From positions 23,526 through 87,525 of the IMG/VR virus record IMGVR_UViG_3300000510_000016: a DNA stretch of 64,000 nt. One strand, written 5' to 3'. Under the pieces are notes generated by a model. That model worked only from the letters and a program-made list of their open reading frames with translations. It was not told the DNA's origin and did no database searches. The first letter of the stretch is position 1; each line of letters opens with the position of its first letter. The stretch comes from a virus (taxonomy: Duplodnaviria; Caudoviricetes). The position numbers and the translations under genes were made by a program. Positions 9,403 through 18,262 of this stretch are shown here, piece after piece.

Positions 9403-9604
9403 GTTTATTATTCATCTACAACAGATGATTGAGGAACATGGAGATTTACCATTAGCTTTGATGGAGATTAGTCCTTCAGGTTACGACCACCACTTTGTAG
9501 AGATAGATGGTGTTGAAGCTATTATTGAACTACAACCTTATGAGAAGTTGTTTGATGGTAGTGATAAGTTATCTACTGAACGTAAAGTATTTTTAATTGA
9601 TTGA
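9389..9604 (+). CDS. Hypothetical protein
   Basis: ORF with GGAGG RBS. Confidence 0.75.
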   Translation: MKASEFIIHLQQMIEEHGDLPLALMEISPSGYDHHFVEIDGVEAIIELQPYEKLFDGSDKLSTERKVFLID

Positions 9605-9613
9605 GGAATTGTA

Positions 9614-9922
9614 ATGGCAGACTTCTTGTATAGCTTTACAGGTGATGGTGTGTATGTGCTTCAAGTCACAGGAATAGACAAGAACAAGTTAAAAGAAAGA
9701 CAAAGATTTAGTGTAGTGAATGGAGCTTGGGATGGTTTTTACCAAGATGGTATTGTCACTTATCCAGTAGGAGATTGGAGACACAAAACAAGTAGAAATA
9801 TGGAGGTGTACTTAGGGTTTACATTTGAAGGACAGCTTGAAAAATTTGAATATAGGTATTATAATTATGTAATATACAGGTTTGAGAAAGATATTCTAGG
9901 ACTATACAAGGAAGCAAAATGA
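9614..9922 (+). CDS. Hypothetical protein
   Basis: ORF in operon. Confidence 0.7.
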   Translation: MADFLYSFTGDGVYVLQVTGIDKNKLKERQRFSVVNGAWDGFYQDGIVTYPVGDWRHKTSRNMEVYLGFTFEGQLEKFEYRYYNYVIYRFEKDILGLYKEAK

Positions 9923-10143
9923 GTGATATATTTGTAAACATGCACAGAGCAGAGGTTTTCCAAAGTTTTATCTTACAAGACTGTTTTAAGTGGGATTTCG
10001 GAAGACCTGCTGACGTAGAGAGGCTTAAGCAGTGGGAGGAGATATTTATCACGGCTTACGATGATGTTATTAACAAAAAGGTTGGTGGGGATAATTGTGA
10101 TAGCTATATTAAGTGCAGAGAATATGTCTGTAAAAACTGGTAA
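9919..10143 (+). CDS. Hypothetical protein
   Basis: ATGA-coupled ORF. Confidence 0.7.
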   Translation: MSDIFVNMHRAEVFQSFILQDCFKWDFGRPADVERLKQWEEIFITAYDDVINKKVGGDNCDSYIKCREYVCKNW

Positions 10144-10160
10144 GTAATTTAGGAGGTAAT

Positions 10161-10439
10161 ATGAGTAAATCAGTAGAAAGAAGTAGAAACAAATTGTTAT
10201 ACGATTCAGTGGTGAGGGGTATTCTAGAAACAGAATATAACCTAGCTTATGATAATAAGAAAATATACCTAGTAGTATTATCTGTATGGGTTTATGAGTG
10301 TATTACAGAACACCTAAAAGATACAGTGTTTAGTGTTAGTGATAAATCGTTAGAACAGGGAGTTACTATTGCAGGATATGAGGTAAAGGTTATTGAGGAC
10401 TTAAGTTATTCAGAACCAATACAATATATTATTAATTAA
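10161..10439 (+). CDS. Hypothetical protein
   Basis: AGGAGG RBS. Confidence 0.75.
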   Translation: MSKSVERSRNKLLYDSVVRGILETEYNLAYDNKKIYLVVLSVWVYECITEHLKDTVFSVSDKSLEQGVTIAGYEVKVIEDLSYSEPIQYIIN

Positions 10440-10450
10440 TTAAAAAACTG

Positions 10451-10479
10451 TTGACACCACTATCTATATTACTTATAAT
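10451..10479 (+). promoter_or_regulatory. Consensus sigma70 promoter
   Basis: TTGACA-17-TATAAT. Confidence 0.8.
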
Positions 10480-10502
10480 TAGGCATAACAAGGAGAAACA
10501 AT

Positions 10503-10805
10503 ATGGCTGGTGAAATTACAAGTAAACCTAAAGTGGTGTCAGTGTTAGATAAGTTATTCAACATACTAAACCTAATCAATACCTCAGAGATAGCTCTAAG
10601 CTCTTATGATGTAGCAGAAATTACAGGTTATAATCAAAGGACGGTGCTGAGGTATTTATCAAGGTTAGTGCAAGAGGGTTTGATTGACTTTGGTGTAAGA
10701 ATGGAAACTGTAACTTATGACTATAATCGTAAAGAGGACAACCAAGTATTTGAATCTAAAAGACCAAGCAGCACTTATGAATATTATAGGTTAGGGAGTA
10801 GGTGA
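10503..10805 (+). CDS. Stand-alone winged-HTH (IclR-like) DNA-binding protein
   Basis: VSVLDKLFNILNLI...LSSYDVAEITGYNQRTVLRYLSRLVQEGLI. Confidence 0.75.
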   Translation: MAGEITSKPKVVSVLDKLFNILNLINTSEIALSSYDVAEITGYNQRTVLRYLSRLVQEGLIDFGVRMETVTYDYNRKEDNQVFESKRPSSTYEYYRLGSR

Positions 10806-11074
10806 TGAATGTAATAGTTGACTTCGAGTATGGTAAACCTGTTATAATGACAGCACATAAATACGGTAAACAATTTATGAAGTCTGAGTTAGCAGTGAGG
10901 ATACCTGCTAGACCTCATTACGATAAAGGAACTAAATATAGTTGCACAGAGTTACAGTATAACAAGTGGTTAGATAAAACATTTAATAAGATTGAGAGAG
11001 CCATTCTAGCTAGTTTTAAAGAAGGCTTGTATGGCACAATTAACATTGAGATAAGAGGGTTGTATGATGATTGA
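10802..11074 (+). CDS. Hypothetical protein
   Basis: ORF in operon. Confidence 0.7.
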   Translation: MMNVIVDFEYGKPVIMTAHKYGKQFMKSELAVRIPARPHYDKGTKYSCTELQYNKWLDKTFNKIERAILASFKEGLYGTINIEIRGLYDD

Positions 11075-11204
11075 AATGAATGTAGATAGTATTGTTGATA
11101 TGTTGGACTATGAGAATGAAGATTATCTAGAGGATATTGACGACTTAGAGAGTTTTGATGAGTGGATTTCTAAGTGGGATGAAGATGACGAGGATATGTT
11201 ATGA
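11067..11204 (+). CDS. Hyper-acidic 45-aa protein (not in ORF track)
   Basis: MIEMNVDSIVDMLDYENEDYLEDIDDLESFDEWISKWDEDDEDML; fills the gap between two genes and overlaps both. Confidence 0.7.
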   Translation: MIEMNVDSIVDMLDYENEDYLEDIDDLESFDEWISKWDEDDEDML

Positions 11205-11677
11205 GTTGGAACTCCTTATCAGATAAATGGCAACAATACTTTATAGACCAATTACATCGTACCGCCAGTATGTCAGAAGATGCTAATACAAAGGTAGCAG
11301 CAATGATTATAGACACTGAGGATAAGGTTGTAGTATCTGTTGGATATAATTGCCTACCTAGAGGTGTTAAGCACTCACAGGAACGTTCTGAACGCCCAAA
11401 AAAATATCACTACGTATCTCACGCAGAGGTGTCTTGTCTTACTAACGCATTGAGACTTAATGTAGCAGTAAAGGGATTGACGATGCTAGTTAATTTAGGC
11501 TGCTGCCCTAGTTGCACATGTTCTATTATTAATAGTGGTATTAAAGAGGTAGTAACACCTGAATTAGATTATGAGCATATTAGCTGTGGTGGCGTATACC
11601 AACATAGTGTTGCAATGATGCAAGAGGCAGGTGTTAATTGGATATTCGATAACAAACTAAGGAATAAACATGAGTGA
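11201..11677 (+). CDS. dCMP deaminase
   Basis: TKVAAMI...VGYN.LP.G, SHAE, CPSC zinc-deaminase motifs. Confidence 0.9.
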   Translation: MSWNSLSDKWQQYFIDQLHRTASMSEDANTKVAAMIIDTEDKVVVSVGYNCLPRGVKHSQERSERPKKYHYVSHAEVSCLTNALRLNVAVKGLTMLVNLGCCPSCTCSIINSGIKEVVTPELDYEHISCGGVYQHSVAMMQEAGVNWIFDNKLRNKHE

Positions 11678-11896
11678 TGATTTAGTAGGTTTTATGTTCT
11701 TTATGGGGTGTATAACAACAGTAATTTTATATGGAATGTATTTGTGGGGTAAGGATTAAATAAAACAAAATAGTCGTTGACAACCTAAATATATAAGCTA
11801 TAATAACCAGACAACATAACGTTGTATCAAGACAGAGCGTATGATACGTTTTGTACCAAAGACATATAATATGTCATAACAATCAAAGAGGTAATA

Positions 11897-12241
11897 ATGA
11901 GCGACAATACTGAGAACAAAGGTAAGTTAGAGCAATTTCATTTACGTGGTCGTAACTATGACGCTGTAGTACGTCAGCTAGTAGAGAAGTACAATGCCAG
12001 TGAGGGTTGGGCTGTAGTACGAGTTGTTCCATCTATCTTATCACTAGATGTTTATCTAGAGCGTAATGCGGAGCAAGGTAATAGTAAAGCAGCAGCTAAA
12101 CCTACTGCAACCAAACCTGCTGAACCTAAAGTAGAAACTAAAGATAAAGCTAAAGTTGATGTGGAGGTTGTTGATGAGAAAGAGAAACAGACAGTCGCTA
12201 AGAAAGCAGCAACAACGAACAAGACGGCAACGAAGAAATAA
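11897..12241 (+). CDS. Hypothetical protein with Lys/Ala/Thr-rich low-complexity tail
   Basis: Own promoter (TTGACA-16-TATAAT near 11778) and RBS. Confidence 0.75.
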   Translation: MSDNTENKGKLEQFHLRGRNYDAVVRQLVEKYNASEGWAVVRVVPSILSLDVYLERNAEQGNSKAAAKPTATKPAEPKVETKDKAKVDVEVVDEKEKQTVAKKAATTNKTATKK

Positions 12242-12336
12242 CGTATTCTATAGAGTATAAGTTATTCAACATAAGCAAATAGTAAAACATAAGAGTGTTG
12301 CTTAGATAGGACGCTCTTATTTAAAGGAGATATGTT

Positions 12337-12549
12337 GTGACTATTTTAGATAAAGCTGTAAACGAACAACCTAGTAAGATTGCACGAGTGATTAATGGCG
12401 TATCATATATGATGAGTAACTACCATACGCAAGCACAGAAAGATGAATTAGCACAGATTGTTAAAGATAATAAGCAAGCAATGAATGACTTGTGGAAAGA
12501 ACGTTACGGAAAAGATTTAGAAATGAACTTTTATGAAGGAGATGAGTGA
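12337..12549 (+). CDS. Hypothetical protein
   Basis: GTG start with AAGGAG RBS. Confidence 0.7.
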   Translation: MTILDKAVNEQPSKIARVINGVSYMMSNYHTQAQKDELAQIVKDNKQAMNDLWKERYGKDLEMNFYEGDE

Positions 12550-13298
12550 TGAAAATTGAAGTTGGAAGTACGTGGGTAAATAAAAATGATTTAGATAATA
12601 CTGTTACTGTAGATACAGTAGGTGCTTTTGCCGTAACAGGTCATAGTGATAAAGATGGTTTGTATATGGCTAATATTAATGACTTCTTACATTATTTTAA
12701 ACCACTACCAGATTCACAACATGAACCGTTGAGTGAGCTGTCGGAACAAGAGTTTGAGAATATTATTGATGAAGCTTTTGAAGAGGGTTACGCACAAGCA
12801 TATAGTGAGTTACAAACAAAGACTGAACGAGAACGAGCATTGCAAGAGAAAGCATGGGACGAAGGTTATGACCAAGCTATTGATGACTTGATTGAAGCAG
12901 GTGTTATCGGAGAGGAAGAATACCCAGATGAGGGTTTTTCTGACGAATGTTACTCAGAATACGAGTTTGGTGATGTAGAGGATGATGAGGAAGAGTATTG
13001 TTTCTCTAAAGAGTTAGATAGGATTTTGAATGGTGAGTTTAATTTAAATAATAAATCTACTAGAAACAATAAAGAAGATTTAGTAAACAACCCAAGCCAT
13101 TATAATTCAGACCCTAGTGGCGTAAAGTGTATTGAAATTACACGACATCGTAATAATAATATTGGCAACGTTATTAAGTATGTATGGCGAAACGGTTTAA
13201 AAGATGGTAATAGCGATATTCAAGACTTAGAGAAAGCTGCTTGGTATTTGAATGACGAGATTCAACGCCTAAAAGGACTCGAAAATGGCTTGGAATAA
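12546..13298 (+). CDS. DUF3310 (SaV-like) domain protein with long acidic linker
   Basis: C-terminal DLVNNPSHY...CIE...GNVIKYVWR.G.K....DLEKAAWYL motif. Confidence 0.8.
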   Translation: MMKIEVGSTWVNKNDLDNTVTVDTVGAFAVTGHSDKDGLYMANINDFLHYFKPLPDSQHEPLSELSEQEFENIIDEAFEEGYAQAYSELQTKTERERALQEKAWDEGYDQAIDDLIEAGVIGEEEYPDEGFSDECYSEYEFGDVEDDEEEYCFSKELDRILNGEFNLNNKSTRNNKEDLVNNPSHYNSDPSGVKCIEITRHRNNNIGNVIKYVWRNGLKDGNSDIQDLEKAAWYLNDEIQRLKGLENGLE

Positions 13299-14028
13299 AC
13301 CTAATGTCGGAGAGATTTTTAAAAGTAATTTTGGAACAGAGTACGAGGTTTTGGAATACCTAGATTGTTATAATGTGAAAATAAAATTCCTAGATTCTTT
13401 TGGTTACGAAGGTTGGTTTCAGGCAGATGCAGTCCGAAGAGGTGGTGTGTCCAACCCTTATGATAAAACTGTACATGGTGTGGGCTATACAGGGGTTGGT
13501 GATTCTGCAACTGTGCTGAACAAAACAAGGCTAGTGGAAAGGGAGGCTTGGTTTGCTATGATGGCTAGGGGTTATTGCCCTAAACTAAAAGCCAAGCACC
13601 CTAAATATGCAGATTGTACTGTATCGGAAGACTGGCACTGTTACCAGAACTTTGCAAACTGGATGAAAAATCAAAGGTTTTATGGTCTTGGTTATCAGTT
13701 AGATAAAGACTTACTTGTAAAAGACAATAAAATATACAGTCCTGAAACTTGTATCTTATTGCCATCTTACATAAACCAGTTGATACAAAGAGATATAAAA
13801 AAGATAGGCACTCTACCTAAAGGCGTTGACCAAGTGTCAAAAAATAACTTTCGTGCTGTCTTAAAAACTTTGGGTGATACCACTAGGGTATCTGGTTTTG
13901 GAAGCCCAGAAGATGCTTATGTGAAGTATAAAGAAATGAAAGAGGAGTATGTGAAATCGGTTGCAGATTTGTGGTTTGGAAACATAGACGCAAGAGCGTA
14001 TAAGGCTCTTTATGAATGGGAGTTGTAA
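13285..14028 (+). CDS. Free-standing homing endonuclease (HNH-like + AP2-like)
   Basis: W..M..R.Y...CTV.E.WH..QNFA.W...YQLDKDLL.K.NKIYSPETC; paralog of 35339-36079 and 41692-42636. Confidence 0.8.
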   Translation: MAWNKPNVGEIFKSNFGTEYEVLEYLDCYNVKIKFLDSFGYEGWFQADAVRRGGVSNPYDKTVHGVGYTGVGDSATVLNKTRLVEREAWFAMMARGYCPKLKAKHPKYADCTVSEDWHCYQNFANWMKNQRFYGLGYQLDKDLLVKDNKIYSPETCILLPSYINQLIQRDIKKIGTLPKGVDQVSKNNFRAVLKTLGDTTRVSGFGSPEDAYVKYKEMKEEYVKSVADLWFGNIDARAYKALYEWEL

Positions 14029-14169
14029 ATGGAAAGGTTATTAACATTAAACCGTTACCTACAGATTGAAGGTATCGAGTGATGAAGAAACGCAATTGGA
14101 TATTAGTTGCTGATTTAATCTTGACATTCATTCTAGAAAGACGTAAGCTTAAAGTTCAAGAGAAGTTAG

Positions 14170-14421
14170 ATGAGAAACAATCGGCAGCTAAAGATACAAA
14201 ATGGAAGGAGGAATAGTGGTGTGACAGAATTAGAGATTATGTTGTCAGGTATGTCTGAAGAACGTAAGCAACGTATTCTAGATAAAGCTGACAGATTAGA
14301 AGTATTCTTTAAAGATGAGGTGGTGTATATGAAAGATAAAGACGAAGGTTGGGAATTACTGTTACCTAATGGTGATGGTATTATTGTAGACGAAACAACA
14401 AACAACAAAGGAAATAAGTGA
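14170..14421 (+). CDS. Hypothetical protein
   Basis: ORF in operon. Confidence 0.6.
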   Translation: MRNNRQLKIQNGRRNSGVTELEIMLSGMSEERKQRILDKADRLEVFFKDEVVYMKDKDEGWELLLPNGDGIIVDETTNNKGNK

Positions 14422-14873
14422 TGAAAAGTATTAATGCAGTAGTATTTGGTTTATTCGCAGCAGTATTGACCCTAGCTGGATGTCAACGTGCAGAGGCGGT
14501 AGATTTCAGCTTAGGTTATCAAGACAACCAAGTTATTGATAAAGAGGGTGTTGTAGCAAGTATTGGTACGCAAACAAAGAATGGTACACGAGTAGGTGTT
14601 AATACATTTAGCACAGAAGATAAGTTAGAGACCTATGGTGTGTATGTAGCCTCACCTATCCGTCTAGAGGGTTCTAAAGTGTTTATCACACCTCAATCGC
14701 AGTTAGACCACTATCGTGATACAGACAGCGTAGTAGGCAGTTTAGGTGCAGGTGTAGAGTATCACTTCACTAAAACATTACGATTTGAGGGTGTTGCACT
14801 AGCTCATAAGGGTTTTAATGATACAGATGTGAAAGGTGAAACTTACACTGTAAAACTTACTAAGACGTTTTAA
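14418..14873 (+). CDS. Putative small outer-membrane beta-barrel protein
   Basis: Signal peptide (LAGC lipobox and AEA SPase I site), amphipathic beta-strands such as LGAGVEYHF, C-terminal Phe. Confidence 0.7.
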   Translation: MMKSINAVVFGLFAAVLTLAGCQRAEAVDFSLGYQDNQVIDKEGVVASIGTQTKNGTRVGVNTFSTEDKLETYGVYVASPIRLEGSKVFITPQSQLDHYRDTDSVVGSLGAGVEYHFTKTLRFEGVALAHKGFNDTDVKGETYTVKLTKTF

Positions 14874-14907
14874 ATAGCCTAGACAGTCTAAATATAACAG
14901 CTAAAGC

Positions 14908-14941
14908 AAGGTCGTGATGCTTAGGCATTGCGGTCTTTTTT
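14908..14941 (+). terminator. Intrinsic terminator
   Basis: AAGGTCGTGATGC-TTAG-GCATTGCGGTCTT followed by T-run. Confidence 0.8.
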
Positions 14942-14969
14942 ATTACCTAAATTTAATGGAGAGAACATA

Positions 14970-15377
14970 ATGAATACTTTTAAAGGTCAAAACGCTGTTT
15001 ACACTAAAGAAGATGTTGTAGAGTCATTGAAGATGCTGGCGGATGTATGCTACAGTGCAAGTGAACGAGGTAATTGGTGGCACGATATTGAGACAGGAGA
15101 GGCTTTAGAACGTAACAAGTTAGAAATGCTTATGTTGATTGTATCAGAGGTGTCAGAGGCTTGTGAAGGAGTTCGTAAAGGTATTAACGATGACCATTTG
15201 CCTCAATATCGAATGGAAGATGTAGAGATTGCTGATGCACTCATTCGTTGCTTTGATTATATTGGAGGGCATGGTTTGAAATCAGCAGAGGCATTTGCAG
15301 ACAAGCTTATTTATAACGCTAATCGAGCAGACCACAAAGTAAGTAATCGTTTAAAAGAGGGAGGCAAGAAATGCTAG
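14970..15377 (+). CDS. MazG-like nucleotide pyrophosphohydrolase
   Basis: LMLIVSEVSEACEGVRK...VEIADALIR all-alpha NTP-PPase motif. Confidence 0.85.
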   Translation: MNTFKGQNAVYTKEDVVESLKMLADVCYSASERGNWWHDIETGEALERNKLEMLMLIVSEVSEACEGVRKGINDDHLPQYRMEDVEIADALIRCFDYIGGHGLKSAEAFADKLIYNANRADHKVSNRLKEGGKKC

Positions 15378-15703
15378 ATACTAAAACAAGTAGAGACTTA
15401 GTTATTCTAGGTCTATTGAAGCTAGTTGCATTGACATTGATTAGTGCATTGAATACAGGTTTATCGTTAAGCATGTCGTGGAACTTATTCATGCCACAAT
15501 ACTTCCACCTACCTAAGCTGTCTGTGTTGATTGCTATATGCGTTAGTTCTCTGTTGTCATTACTGACTGTGGGTTTAATTGTTGTACAACGAGACAGTGA
15601 AGGGCTTCCCTTACCTGTTCAAGAAGATGTAATCGTAGCTAAGCTTATTTATCCTTGGCTTATGTTTTTAGTTATCTGGATTGCCACTAGCATTTACTAT
15701 TAA
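15371..15703 (+). CDS. Membrane protein (3 predicted TM helices)
   Basis: Hydrophobic segments. Confidence 0.7.
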   Translation: MLDTKTSRDLVILGLLKLVALTLISALNTGLSLSMSWNLFMPQYFHLPKLSVLIAICVSSLLSLLTVGLIVVQRDSEGLPLPVQEDVIVAKLIYPWLMFLVIWIATSIYY

Positions 15704-15731
15704 CTATAAAACACTTATTGGATAATAGATA

Positions 15732-15780
15732 TTGCATGATATTTGCCTCCATTGTATACTTATGCAGTGGGGGTTTTTTT
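15732..15780 (+). terminator. Intrinsic terminator overlapping a sigma70 promoter
   Basis: CCTCCATTGTAT/ATGCAGTGGGGG stem + T7; TTGCAT-17-TATACT embedded. Confidence 0.75.
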
Positions 15781-15810
15781 ATATCTAAATTTAACTAACA
15801 AGGAAATGTA

Positions 15811-16023
15811 ATGTCTGATGATTTTGAGTTATGTTGGCAAGAGTCTGTAGATGGTAGAGGTTGTTACTTAGGAGTGTATTTACACAATGGTAAGCCTATA
15901 GTGGATTTCTATCTAGAGAACTTATATAGTGATGGTGGGGTTAATGTCTTAACTGAATTGTCTTATGAGGAGTTACTTAGTTTGAACAATACAACAAAGG
16001 AAATGTTGAAAGAGTTTAAATAA
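15811..16023 (+). CDS. Hypothetical protein
   Basis: ORF with AAGGA RBS. Confidence 0.7.
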   Translation: MSDDFELCWQESVDGRGCYLGVYLHNGKPIVDFYLENLYSDGGVNVLTELSYEELLSLNNTTKEMLKEFK

Positions 16024-16114
16024 TGAAATAATTGTAATTACTTCCAGATACCACTTGCAATCACCTTAGTAATTTTATATACTGTCCCTACACCAACCAA
16101 TTAAGAGAAAGATA

Positions 16115-16618
16115 ATGTTTAATCTAAGTGTTCAAGAAATAGAAGAGCTTTGTAATAGTAATTCATTTAGAGTTCCTGATAATCTATCATCAGAGCAGTT
16201 CCTATATTGGGTTTCGTTATCAGAACAAGCTTGTGAGGAAATCAGTTGCATGAATGACCCTAAAGCTAAAGAGGAAATCAAGAGACAAATGATTGTTAAA
16301 AAGGTGTGGGATGATGAGCTTCTAAATATTGGTGGTATATCCTACTACTACCCTACAGATGAAATGAAAGTTAGAACGCCAACACTTAAAGATAGGTATA
16401 GAGTAGCACTAACATTATCCCCTACATCATCAATTAGACGTAAAGCTATTTTAGAGGGTAAAGAGGATATGTCATTGCTAAAACCATTGAAGTTTAAGAT
16501 TAAAGATGCAAGTGGTAATATATTCAGTGTGGCTAGTAAGACTTGTGGTGAGGGTCAGGCGATTGTAGATAGTTTATATGGCAAAGGACATTATAAAGTG
16601 TCGCAGATGATTTTATAG
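16115..16618 (+). CDS. Hypothetical protein
   Basis: ORF after promoter-like TTGCAA..TATACT. Confidence 0.75.
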   Translation: MFNLSVQEIEELCNSNSFRVPDNLSSEQFLYWVSLSEQACEEISCMNDPKAKEEIKRQMIVKKVWDDELLNIGGISYYYPTDEMKVRTPTLKDRYRVALTLSPTSSIRRKAILEGKEDMSLLKPLKFKIKDASGNIFSVASKTCGEGQAIVDSLYGKGHYKVSQMIL

Positions 16619-16628
16619 GAGTAGCATA

Positions 16629-16973
16629 ATGAAATACGATAAGATATTAGCAGTATTGAACAAACATCTACAAGATACAAATAGTGATAAAGAGTATCAT
16701 GTTAGACCTAAGTTCAAGTTTAATTTAGGCGACAGAGTTTGTAGTGTATCTATTCAGGCTAGTGAGTTTGCTTATAGCTTCCCCAGATTAGGGAATATGT
16801 ATAGATACAACGAAGTAGAATTAGGTTTTCCTAACTTTGATTTTACAGATAATTTTATTAGTAACTATGCAGAGTGTAAGGTGACACCAAGAGAGACAGT
16901 TTATCCTTATGTACCACTTGAAGAGTTAGCTAAGCAATTATGGGTGTTAGGGTTTATGCGAGGTGATGAATAA
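16629..16973 (+). CDS. Hypothetical protein
   Basis: AGGAG RBS. Confidence 0.75.
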   Translation: MKYDKILAVLNKHLQDTNSDKEYHVRPKFKFNLGDRVCSVSIQASEFAYSFPRLGNMYRYNEVELGFPNFDFTDNFISNYAECKVTPRETVYPYVPLEELAKQLWVLGFMRGDE

Positions 16974-17152
16974 TGAGAGAGTATTCTAAGGTTAAATTAG
17001 TTGTCCATGACAATACAATATTTATAATAGATGTTAAAGATGGAGATTGTATAGCTATTCACCCTGAAGCATGGGAACACATTAAATATAACATTGACCA
17101 ACAGATTACAGATGGTTATTTAGACTACAAGGATGAGGATTATGAACGGTGA
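16973..17152 (+). CDS. Hypothetical protein (59 aa, below track cutoff)
   Basis: Manual translation MREYSKVKLVV...DEDYER fills the operon gap. Confidence 0.65.
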   Translation: MREYSKVKLVVHDNTIFIIDVKDGDCIAIHPEAWEHIKYNIDQQITDGYLDYKDEDYER

Positions 17153-17327
17153 CTTCAAACTTCTATACATTAAAGGTAGTAGTAATAAACGTAACCTATT
17201 TGTAGAGTATTTAATAAATATCGGTGTTAATGTAGAAGTTGTTAAGCACACTAAAGAGATTAGAGGTATGAAAGCGGAATATATAATCGTAGATGAATGG
17301 GTAAAGGATGGCAGAGATGGACACTAA
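17142..17327 (+). CDS. Hypothetical protein
   Basis: ORF in operon. Confidence 0.6.
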   Translation: MNGDFKLLYIKGSSNKRNLFVEYLINIGVNVEVVKHTKEIRGMKAEYIIVDEWVKDGRDGH

Positions 17328-17679
17328 CAGTAATTACGTAAACATATCTCCTGAAGAGCTTATCAGAGTGGTTGATGTGTGTTTGGATAATATTAAGAGG
17401 CGCAGAGACAATAGAAACACCTATCAAAAGAAAGTATGGAGCTGGAGAAAGATGAGATATGTGTGGACAGATTATCTAGTGTATAAGAGTTGGGCTGCAC
17501 ATGATTGTGGAATTGTCACTAGGTTAAAAGAGTTAAGACGTATTGCTGTATCAGTTATGTTTGATAATGGTGTATTAGATAGGGATATTAAGCTGTCATT
17601 TATTACACACGATAACTTGTATAAGTGCTATAATAAAGACGATACATTTGAACCTTATGTATTTGGATTAGGATATTGA
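17308..17679 (+). CDS. Hypothetical protein
   Basis: ORF in operon. Confidence 0.7.
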   Translation: MAEMDTNSNYVNISPEELIRVVDVCLDNIKRRRDNRNTYQKKVWSWRKMRYVWTDYLVYKSWAAHDCGIVTRLKELRRIAVSVMFDNGVLDRDIKLSFITHDNLYKCYNKDDTFEPYVFGLGY

Positions 17680-17680
17680 T

Positions 17681-17839
17681 ATGGATTATGAAGATGATTA
17701 CCTAGATGGCGATTACATGAGTGATGAGTATTATGACGGACACTACTGTAGCTATTGTGGACTAGAGATGACTTTAGGAGAATACTTAGAACATGACTTA
17801 GATGTTTGCATGGAGGATTACTATGAAGATGACTTATAA
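17681..17839 (+). CDS. Hyper-acidic 52-aa protein with CxxC-H-C zinc-finger-like core (not in ORF track)
   Basis: MDYEDDYLDGDYMSDEYYDGHYCSYCGLEMTLGEYLEHDLDVCMEDYYEDDL. Confidence 0.7.
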   Translation: MDYEDDYLDGDYMSDEYYDGHYCSYCGLEMTLGEYLEHDLDVCMEDYYEDDL

Positions 17840-18032
17840 CACAGATTTAAAAGTATGGATAGACGATTACATTACACAGATGGAGTTTGAACAAGATGAT
17901 GAGGCATCACTAGAAGAACAGGAATGTAAGGGGTATTTAGAAGACCCTTATGATTACTATAACTTAGGTGTAGAACATGGTGGTGTAGAAGCTATATTAG
18001 AAACATTAAAACTTGTAAGGAGTAGATTGTGA
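17823..18032 (+). CDS. Acidic hypothetical protein
   Basis: ORF in operon. Confidence 0.7.
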   Translation: MKMTYNTDLKVWIDDYITQMEFEQDDEASLEEQECKGYLEDPYDYYNLGVEHGGVEAILETLKLVRSRL

Positions 18033-18259
18033 ACAGCAATAAACTAAAGAATTATGTAGAAACTAAAATTGCATTATATCAGTATGAAGAAAGGATATCG
18101 GGTATGGACTTTTATAATATGGGAGTATCTATTTTAAAACACGGTGAAGACATAAGCAGTAATATGACATATTATGATGAAGGTTTTGATTGTGGTAAGT
18201 GTCAGGGTGAGTTAGATGCTTTAATGATGGTGTATGCTTTGATGGATAAACAGGAGTAG
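18029..18259 (+). CDS. Hypothetical protein
   Basis: GTG start, coupled to upstream stop. Confidence 0.7.
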   Translation: MNSNKLKNYVETKIALYQYEERISGMDFYNMGVSILKHGEDISSNMTYYDEGFDCGKCQGELDALMMVYALMDKQE

Positions 18260-18262
18260 ATT

